Position numbers and translations under genes: made by a program. Positions 54,890-61,876 of a DNA stretch of 64,000 bases are shown piece after piece. Origin of the DNA: a virus; the IMG/VR virus record IMGVR_UViG_3300027857_000004, positions 1 to 64,000 of that record; one strand, given 5' to 3'. Below the pieces are notes generated by a model. The model saw only the letters and a program-made list of their open reading frames with translations. It did not search any database and was not told the origin of the DNA. Numbering within the stretch: the first letter of the stretch is position 1; each line of letters starts with the position of its first letter.

Positions 54890-56224
54890 ATGGAAAATTT
54901 TGATACACTCAGCGCGTCCGTTTCGGGCGCAGACGGCAGCGAACAGGTTAACCTTACGTGGACGAATGTCGTCCCGGGGTTTCCGCCCATTGTGGCGTTC
55001 GGTGTTCAGAGAAAACGGTTTGGCCGCGGCGACGATGACTGGACTACTCTCGTCAGCGCTTTGACTCCGGTGGTCGTTCCGGTTCCTCCGGCGAGCGGTC
55101 CCGGGCCTGCTGGTCTTGCGCCAGCGCTTGGTTTGGCCAGCACCTTCGAGGTTCTCGCCGCCACCACTATCACCAACACCGGGCCAACCGTTGTAAACGG
55201 TGACTTGGGCATGAGCCCCGGCTCTGCCGTGACTGGATTTCCTCCCGGGGTAATCACCGGCTCAGTTCAGATTGGCACTACTCTCGCCACGAACGCGCAG
55301 ACCGATTTGACCACCGCTTACAATAACCTGACCGCGCGTGGTCCCGGCACCGTCGTCGGCACCACTGACTTGGGAGGCAGCACGCTGACCCCCGGCGTCT
55401 ACTCTTCGGCATCTACCATGCTGATTTCTTCGGGCGACTTGATTCTGGACGGCCAAGGCAATCCCGGTGCGGTGTTCGTTTTCATCGTCGGTTCAGCTCT
55501 CACCGTTGTCACCCCTCGCAAGGTGGTCCTGATTAACGGCGCGCAAGCTGTGAACGTTTTCTGGGCTGTCGGCAGCTCCGCCACAATCGGAGTCAGCTCG
55601 GTTCTCCAGGGCTCAATTTTGGCGGTGACTTCCATCACGCTCAACACTGGTGCCACCGTAGTGGGCCGGTTACTGGCCCAGAATGGCGCCGTCACTCTCG
55701 ATTCTAATCCGGCTACGCTTCCGGTTCTTGCTGCACCTGCTCCCGAAGGAGTAGCGATTCCGGTGCCCACGCCGTTTGCATTCACCGATTCTCCGGCAGA
55801 AGGCGACTGGACATATCGTCTGCGGGCTGTTTTGACGCAAGGCGGCACGAACAATCTCGGCACGTTCATTTACTCGAACAGTGTCAACGTGACCACCGAG
55901 GCAACCACCGGCGAGGTGACCTTGACATTGTCTGCTTCGCCTGACGGTGATTTGCCCGCTTACACTCGGGTGACTCTGAACTGGGTCATCGACGGGGACG
56001 CTGTTGACGTGCGGCGATATGAGGTGCAGCGAACACTCGACCGCGGCGCCACCTGGAAGACCGTGCATCAGCAAGATGAGTTTTCGAGCTTGAGCTATGC
56101 CGAGGTGCTTCCTCCGGCTCTCGGCGATGTTTTCTACCGGGTCATTGCGGACTTGCCTTCGGCCACGCCCCCGTATCAGACGGACGTGCAGAGCATTTCC
56201 AACAGTGTGACGGTTCGCACATAG
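54890..56224 (+). CDS. Ice-binding-like (DUF3494) protein with FN3-like domains
   Basis: LG.A.TF.VLA.TTITNTG.TVVNGDLG.SPG.AVTGFPPG...AQ.DL..AY...DLGG.TLTPGVY...LDG.GNP.AVFVF...A.NVFW.VGSSAT.G....G.ILA..SITLNTGA.V.GRLLA.NGAVTLDSN at about 55125-55707. Confidence 0.9.
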   Translation: MENFDTLSASVSGADGSEQVNLTWTNVVPGFPPIVAFGVQRKRFGRGDDDWTTLVSALTPVVVPVPPASGPGPAGLAPALGLASTFEVLAATTITNTGPTVVNGDLGMSPGSAVTGFPPGVITGSVQIGTTLATNAQTDLTTAYNNLTARGPGTVVGTTDLGGSTLTPGVYSSASTMLISSGDLILDGQGNPGAVFVFIVGSALTVVTPRKVVLINGAQAVNVFWAVGSSATIGVSSVLQGSILAVTSITLNTGATVVGRLLAQNGAVTLDSNPATLPVLAAPAPEGVAIPVPTPFAFTDSPAEGDWTYRLRAVLTQGGTNNLGTFIYSNSVNVTTEATTGEVTLTLSASPDGDLPAYTRVTLNWVIDGDAVDVRRYEVQRTLDRGATWKTVHQQDEFSSLSYAEVLPPALGDVFYRVIADLPSATPPYQTDVQSISNSVTVRT

Positions 56225-56228
56225 TGGC

Positions 56229-56774
56229 ATGAATCAGACCGTTTTCATTTACGGTCTGAACGACCCCGAGACTGGTAAGTGCCGGTATATCGGAAAATCC
56301 GATAACCCGGCGCACAGATATCGGTTGCATCTTTGGAACGCCAGCCGGTATAAAACGCACAAAGATTGCTGGATAAAATCTTTGCTTAGCTCGGGTAAAG
56401 TTCCGGTGTTAGAAGTTCTTCGGGAGGTTCCCGTGGCCGGATGGCAAGTTTGGGAACGTGCGTTTATTGAGGTGTATCAAGAACGCGGATTCGATTTGAC
56501 CAATCTCGCGGTTGGCGGACTAGGAGGGCAGTCCGGAAAGTCTCCATCCGCAGAAACGCGGTTAAAGCTTTCTTTGGCACTGCGAGGAAGACCTGGACGG
56601 ATTCCATCGGAAGGCACCCGCAATAAAATTTCCAATGCTCTTTCTGGACGGTCTCTTTCGTTAGAAACGATTCAGAAAATGTCTGAGTCACGGACAGGAA
56701 AGTGCTCGCCCATTAAGGGGAAGCCTTGGTCCGAAAAACGACGCGCCGCACAAAAGCTAATTGCGTCTCAGTAA
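56229..56774 (+). CDS. GIY-YIG homing endonuclease with NUMOD3-like motifs
   Basis: FIYGLNDP...RYIGKS.NP..R...H...WE..FI...LTN...GG.G; SAETRLKLS. Confidence 0.85.
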   Translation: MNQTVFIYGLNDPETGKCRYIGKSDNPAHRYRLHLWNASRYKTHKDCWIKSLLSSGKVPVLEVLREVPVAGWQVWERAFIEVYQERGFDLTNLAVGGLGGQSGKSPSAETRLKLSLALRGRPGRIPSEGTRNKISNALSGRSLSLETIQKMSESRTGKCSPIKGKPWSEKRRAAQKLIASQ

Positions 56775-56797
56775 AAAACAACCGACTATTAATTACT

Positions 56798-57013
56798 ATG
56801 GCACTTACAGCATCGCAGCAAGCGCAGATTCAAAGCGCGATTGATTTAATGGATAAAGGCTCTGCATATCAGACGCCTTTTTCCGAAGACGTTATTTCGA
56901 GAGTCGCCCAGGCCGCCGCTAGTTCTGGATTTCTCACGACTGGCGCTTTCTATGAGCAGGCGAAACTCGAACCTATCGCCACATTGCTGAAATTTTTGGT
57001 GTTCGTCCCCTGA
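56798..57013 (+). CDS. Small hypothetical protein (possibly structural)
   Basis: MALTASQQAQI...; CGACT promoter at 56761-56791. Confidence 0.7.
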   Translation: MALTASQQAQIQSAIDLMDKGSAYQTPFSEDVISRVAQAAASSGFLTTGAFYEQAKLEPIATLLKFLVFVP

Positions 57014-57097
57014 CTACACCTACAACCATAGGCCGGTTAGGCCACGTAAGGGCGGCTCAGACAGGAATGAGTCGCCCTTATACTTTCAGAAAAAGAG

Positions 57098-57126
57098 TTG
57101 CGCCCGATATATTGGTATGTTAGAGT
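57098..57126 (+). promoter_or_regulatory. sigma70-like leaderless promoter of the membrane-protein/recombinase cassette
   Basis: AAAAAGAG-TTGCGC-N17-TAGAGT with extended TG; ATG at 57133. Confidence 0.65.
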
Positions 57127-57132
57127 TTTCGC

Positions 57133-57543
57133 ATGAATGACGTGGTTGTGGCAGCGGTCGTGGGGCTCTTTCTGCTGAAGTGGGCCGTAATAATCGGTTT
57201 TTTTCTCTGGCTCGCCAACGGGGTAGGCAACATTTTTAAAGCCGCCTCGGTAGTCGCTAATGGGCAGCTCGTCATCAATCCTCCGGCGCCCGCCCGCGAC
57301 CCGGGTATGCTTCAAATTGAAGCCCAGGCCAAATCGAACTGGATTGACTCACACCCGCAGCACCCTAGCAACCCGCAGCATGCGGAATACGTGGCCGAAG
57401 AACTAGCGAGGCGAAAGGCTTACGAACGTCGGTTAGTATGGAAAGCCCCGGCGCCCCCTACGCCTTTTGCAGCGAAAGCCGCTGCTTGCTTTTTCGTGCC
57501 GGTTTTGGTCGGTCTTGTTATTGCCATCGTGCGCGCACAATGA
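57133..57543 (+). CDS. Two-TM membrane protein
   Basis: Hydrophobic N- and C-terminal segments. Confidence 0.7.
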   Translation: MNDVVVAAVVGLFLLKWAVIIGFFLWLANGVGNIFKAASVVANGQLVINPPAPARDPGMLQIEAQAKSNWIDSHPQHPSNPQHAEYVAEELARRKAYERRLVWKAPAPPTPFAAKAAACFFVPVLVGLVIAIVRAQ

Positions 57544-58319
57544 ACGCCTACTCTTACATTCGAGTCAGTTCAATCGGGCAAGTCGATGGCGACGGTCCCG
57601 ACCGGCAGCGCGATGCGATTCGTGCGTTCTGCGCCAAGTTCGCTATCGAGCACCAGGGAGAGTTTCTCGAAGCGATTACCGGCAAGACTGAGGCTGTCGA
57701 CCGGCCAAAGTTCGTTGAGCTTCTGTCCAGTATTGACCGTTTAAACGGAGTCGCTGACGCGCTTCCTGAGATTGGCTACAACGTCCCTCTCAAGCGGCTG
57801 AAAATCGATTGCATCATTGTCGAACGCATGGACCGGCTGGCGCGTGACCTGATTGCCTCCGAGTTGCTACTGCGAGAATGCCGCGAGCGGGGTATCCAGG
57901 TTTTCGCAGCCGACCAGGGACAGGTCGTAGACATGGCGTGCAACACGGGCGACCCTACCCAGACGCTTATGCGGCAAATTCTCGCTGCGATTGCGCAGTG
58001 GGAGAAGAGTGTGCTGGTTCTCAAGATGGCGACCGCGAAGTCCAGAATCCGCAAGGAATTGGGCAAGTGCGAAGGTCAAAAACAATTCGGCGAGAAGATG
58101 GGCGAGCGGGAAGTCTTGCGCCAGATGCGCGAATTAGCCGAGGTTCACAAGCTGAAGTATTCGGAAATCGCGAAAGAGCTGACGCGCCGGGGAATTTTCA
58201 AACGGAACGGGAAAGAATGGAGTCGCAATTCGGTGTATGACATGCTGAAGCGGCGCGACACGGTGAAACCTATTTTCGCTGTGACGTTGGAGCGGATAAC
58301 ACCTGAGACTAAAAACTGA
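57540..58319 (+). CDS. Serine recombinase (resolvase/invertase family) with C-terminal HTH
   Basis: YSYIRVSS..Q, RQ, TGK...DRP, IIVERMDRLAR, AQWEK; C-terminal YSEIAKEL...G......W....V. Confidence 0.9.
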   Translation: MNAYSYIRVSSIGQVDGDGPDRQRDAIRAFCAKFAIEHQGEFLEAITGKTEAVDRPKFVELLSSIDRLNGVADALPEIGYNVPLKRLKIDCIIVERMDRLARDLIASELLLRECRERGIQVFAADQGQVVDMACNTGDPTQTLMRQILAAIAQWEKSVLVLKMATAKSRIRKELGKCEGQKQFGEKMGEREVLRQMRELAEVHKLKYSEIAKELTRRGIFKRNGKEWSRNSVYDMLKRRDTVKPIFAVTLERITPETKN

Positions 58320-58320
58320 T

Positions 58321-58506
58321 ATGCGAGGCGGAAAATTTAACTGGCCCTCTTTCACGAGGGATGAGGAACGGGCGGGCAAAATCATGAACGGCGCCGACCC
58401 GGCACACAAAAACATGAGCTGGGAAGCGTGGGAAGCAGCGCAAAAGATTGCGGGGATTTCTCGCGACACGCGGCTGGCTGGAAGCCCGCGAAAAGCGAGT
58501 AAGTAA
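58321..58506 (+). CDS. Small hypothetical protein
   Basis: 61 aa, ATG 1 nt after the recombinase stop. Confidence 0.55.
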   Translation: MRGGKFNWPSFTRDEERAGKIMNGADPAHKNMSWEAWEAAQKIAGISRDTRLAGSPRKASK

Positions 58507-58511
58507 TTTCG

Positions 58512-58760
58512 AACCGGGCGCCCTAGTAACCAGGGTGAAGTTACGCCTGGGGCAGCCGTGACCCGACCAGCGTCAACTGGTGCCACGGAATAAGAAAAAG
58601 AGGGAGACAGACCGGAGTAGACAGTCCGGGGCGAAAAGCCTACTGTCCGGAGTAATTACCCGGCTAGGTGCCCCGCAACCGTGCTTTTTAGCACGGGAAT
58701 ACGCGACTATTAGCCAACCGGGGCTTACTTATCGCGCGGGGTAAAAGTCCCAACCGGTCG
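58512..58760 (+). ncRNA. Candidate structured non-coding RNA
   Basis: At least seven stems packed into about 250 nt with no credible ORF; family not recognised; strand inferred from context. Confidence 0.4.
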
Positions 58761-58801
58761 TTTTCTGTAGCGAACCGCCGTTTTAAAGCCGACTGTTATG
58801 A

Positions 58802-59074
58802 GTGGCCACTACAATAGTTGCGAAGTATTCGGAGCGCGACCTTCCCCTCGCCCGGCTCTGGTTGAGAAGCTGGAAAGCCCGCGGATGGAAGACCGCAATA
58901 AAGTTTGACCAGGGGATTTCGTTCCGAGTCATCAATTTCGGTCTCTCCGGTCGTGCGACAAAAAAGATAAGACCAAAAAACTTTGGCTCGCGCGGCTGGG
59001 AGACCGCCCCTTTGGTGAAGTTTCCACCTGGAGCGACGGAGGAACAAGTTCTGAATTGCGGGAGGGCAATCTGA
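58802..59074 (+). CDS. Hypothetical protein
   Basis: LW.RSW.ARGW; GTG just below the CGACT promoter at 58768-58798. Confidence 0.65.
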   Translation: MATTIVAKYSERDLPLARLWLRSWKARGWKTAIKFDQGISFRVINFGLSGRATKKIRPKNFGSRGWETAPLVKFPPGATEEQVLNCGRAI

Positions 59075-59075
59075 A

Positions 59076-61031
59076 ATGTTTCCGGAGGGCTCGCGGGAGA
59101 AAGTCCTAGCATCCGATGTCGCCCGGCTCGTCCACGCCGGGAACAAGTTTGAAGCTGCGCAAGCGGTCACCGAATATTTCAAAGTCAAGAATCCGCTCAA
59201 AAAAGACCAGCCGCCGGAGGCAGCGAACACCGTCCTGATTCCGTATGTCCGAAACATAATGGAGCAGGGCGCACTTGAAGAAGCCGCGCAAATTTTCTGG
59301 ACCCCGAACCAGTTTACACCGGAGCCCAACTCGGTGAAACAGGTGTGGAATCTTTTCGAGACGTCCGACATGGGACTGATTCCAGGCGCCGCCTCAATGG
59401 GCAAGAGCTTCAATATGGGAGTCCGGTTGTTTCTTGAATGGGCGCGCGACCCGCAATTCACCACGGTGCGCGTGCTAGGTCCGAGCAAGGACCACCTCGA
59501 AGCGAATTTGTTTTCGCACATGGTCTCGCTTCACTCGCAGTCCACTTTGCCGATGCCCGGCGAGGTGGGCGAGCTGTTTATCGGGCTGACCCGTCGCGAC
59601 CAGTTGAGCTGTATCCGTGGCGTCATCATTCCGAAGGGCAACTTAAAGAAAGCAGGCCGGTTGCAAGGAAGTAAACGCCGCCCCAGGCCGAGTCCGCACC
59701 CGGTGTTCGGTAGCATGTCGCGCATGTTCATTTTCTTGGACGAAATCGAGAACATCGCGCGCGGTATTTGGGCTGACATCGACAATATCTTGTCCAACAC
59801 GGAAGAGAGCGGGCAAGGCTTCAAGATTTTCGGCGCATATAATCCGAACGACCCGTATGACGAGGTAAGCAAACGAGCCGAGCCTCCGTTCGGTTGGGAG
59901 AACGTCGACCCGGAAGTGCATTTTCGCTGGAAGTCTAAACGCGGCTGGGACGTGTTGCGGCTCGATGCTGAGCAATGCGAGAACGTCAAGCTGGGCAAGA
60001 TTATTTATCCCGGCTTGCAGACGCGTGGTGGGCTCGAAAAAATTGCGGCTAACGCCGGGGGCAAGGTGTCGCCCGGCTACTACATCATGGGGCGCGGTAT
60101 GTATCCGCCGATGGGAATCGAGGCGACCGTGTTTCCGCCGGGAATGTTGGCCAAATGTAGAGGCGAATACATCTGGTTCGATGAGCCTGTCTCGGTGGGC
60201 GCGACAGATTTAGCTCTCGAAGGTGGCGACGACGCGATTCACACAATCGGAAAGTGGGGATTAGCGACCGGCATCAAGTGGCCAGCTTCGATTGACTATC
60301 CGAACGGGCACACCACGATGTTTAAACGGGCAGATGGCAGCGCGCAACCGCGATGGGGTCTTCAGGTGAACCAGCAATTCGTGCTTCCGAAAGGTGACAC
60401 GATTGCGATGAAGAAATCGATTCTCGAAATCAATCGGAAAACCGGCGTGCGCCCTGAGTTTTATGCGTGCGACCGCACGGGGCACGGCGCCGGTGTCGCC
60501 GATTTGTTGCGCTACGAGTGGTCGACTCTAATTCATGACGTGAATTACTCGATGGGAGCGAGCGAAGAGAAAATAATGGCCGAGGATAGCAAGCTCGCGA
60601 AGGAACAATACGAGCGAATGTTTTCGGAGCTGTGGTTTGCCACGCGCATGTGGGCCGAATTTCAGTATTTGCTTTTCAGTCCGGCAATGGACTTGGCCAA
60701 GGTGGCTGAGCAAATCGGCAGCCGCCGGTTCCGAGTGCTCTCGGGTAAGTCAAAAGTGGAGAGTAAAAAGGATTATGAGAGTCGAGGGTATAAGTCTCCG
60801 AACGAGGCGGACTCGCTGACGCTGTTAGTGTATGCCGCGCGAAAAGGTAGCGGGCAAATTCTGTCGATGCACGGCGAAGACGCCAACACCGCTGGCAATC
60901 TTTCGGACGACTGGTATGAAGCGAACTACCCAGGCGGCGCGCGGATTGACGTAAGTAACCGTTTTGAGACGCTCGAAGACGGAGAGATGCCGAGCATACC
61001 GTCCGAATTGTCCGCCGGAGGCTGGTCATGA
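59076..61031 (+). CDS. terL: Terminase large subunit
   Basis: GAASMGKS Walker A, IFLDE Walker B, GAYNP motif III, TDLA..GGD and D.TG.G.GV.D nuclease motifs, ESK...SPNEADS. Confidence 0.88.
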   Translation: MFPEGSREKVLASDVARLVHAGNKFEAAQAVTEYFKVKNPLKKDQPPEAANTVLIPYVRNIMEQGALEEAAQIFWTPNQFTPEPNSVKQVWNLFETSDMGLIPGAASMGKSFNMGVRLFLEWARDPQFTTVRVLGPSKDHLEANLFSHMVSLHSQSTLPMPGEVGELFIGLTRRDQLSCIRGVIIPKGNLKKAGRLQGSKRRPRPSPHPVFGSMSRMFIFLDEIENIARGIWADIDNILSNTEESGQGFKIFGAYNPNDPYDEVSKRAEPPFGWENVDPEVHFRWKSKRGWDVLRLDAEQCENVKLGKIIYPGLQTRGGLEKIAANAGGKVSPGYYIMGRGMYPPMGIEATVFPPGMLAKCRGEYIWFDEPVSVGATDLALEGGDDAIHTIGKWGLATGIKWPASIDYPNGHTTMFKRADGSAQPRWGLQVNQQFVLPKGDTIAMKKSILEINRKTGVRPEFYACDRTGHGAGVADLLRYEWSTLIHDVNYSMGASEEKIMAEDSKLAKEQYERMFSELWFATRMWAEFQYLLFSPAMDLAKVAEQIGSRRFRVLSGKSKVESKKDYESRGYKSPNEADSLTLLVYAARKGSGQILSMHGEDANTAGNLSDDWYEANYPGGARIDVSNRFETLEDGEMPSIPSELSAGGWS

Positions 61032-61606
61032 GTCTTTCACTTAATACAAACGTGTATCCGAAGACAGGATATCAATTCAAAGATGGCGACGGAGTGCTCC
61101 ATGTATCAGACTCCTGGGACGGAGTCATCGCGCGCGTGAAAATGTATCGTCAGCGGCGCGGAATTGCGGTCGGAGACCCGGCATCTGAGGTGACTGCGTA
61201 TGCGTGTGCGAACAATCCGGGGCTCTGCAGGCAAGAAAACGAAGCGAACAAACAAGCATTGAAAGTCGCGAGCTTGAAAACACGAGTGCTGCAGTATTTG
61301 AGCGGACTCCGCTCGATGAAAGAACGAGAGCCGCTGCCTTTTGTGACCGATGCGGAACGGGCCGCCCGGGCAAACGTGTGTGCGAGCTGTCCAAAAAACG
61401 CGGCTTTACCGGACGGTTGCTCTTCGTGCAAGAAGGCAGTCAGCGAATTGCGTAAAACGGTGATTGGCGACCGGTTTGTGGACGGGAGACTGAACGGATG
61501 CGTGGTTATGGGAGAAGATTTGCCTTCCGCGGTCCATATCGACCACACTAGGGTAGATAATCCTGAGCTGCCAGGGCATTGCTGGCGGAAAATTCAGCCT
61601 GTATGA
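61028..61606 (+). CDS. Cys-rich hypothetical protein
   Basis: RA.VC.SCP.N...C..C...C...HCW. Confidence 0.7.
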   Translation: MSLSLNTNVYPKTGYQFKDGDGVLHVSDSWDGVIARVKMYRQRRGIAVGDPASEVTAYACANNPGLCRQENEANKQALKVASLKTRVLQYLSGLRSMKEREPLPFVTDAERAARANVCASCPKNAALPDGCSSCKKAVSELRKTVIGDRFVDGRLNGCVVMGEDLPSAVHIDHTRVDNPELPGHCWRKIQPV

Positions 61607-61857
61607 GCATCGTAATTAGATTTTGGCACTTTTTCAGCGCGTTTTGCCTCTCGGTATGGGCAAAGTGGCGTGGTTATGCGGTTTTGGCACCCGCACACGC
61701 TCAAATAATCCGGCATTCGACCTGTTTGGGCTGCGATAAGCTCGATGACGACATTTGCACCGAGTGCGGATGCCTTGCGTTCGCAAAAACGCAGCTTTCG
61801 ATGGAAAAGTGTCCGCTCGGTAAGTGGAAACGGATATTTATAGCGAAGCAGCCTTAA
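61603..61857 (+). CDS. Small Cys-rich protein
   Basis: R...C..C......C.ECGC....K......CPLGKW. Confidence 0.75.
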   Translation: MSIVIRFWHFFSAFCLSVWAKWRGYAVLAPAHAQIIRHSTCLGCDKLDDDICTECGCLAFAKTQLSMEKCPLGKWKRIFIAKQP

Positions 61858-61876
61858 AACTCCGACTGTTAAAGAC

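Noticed and set aside
58704-58712. CGACTATTA as a further phage-sigma promoter
   Set aside because: The -35 position reads TGCTT rather than T(A/T)GC(G/C), and no start codon follows.
57540-58760. IS607-like element with TnpB/omegaRNA
   Set aside because: No TnpB ORF and no N-terminal MerR-like HTH on the recombinase.
30938-61031. Introns or inteins in pol, helicase or terL explaining the many endonucleases
   Set aside because: These ORFs are continuous with normally ordered motifs; the endonuclease genes lie between genes.
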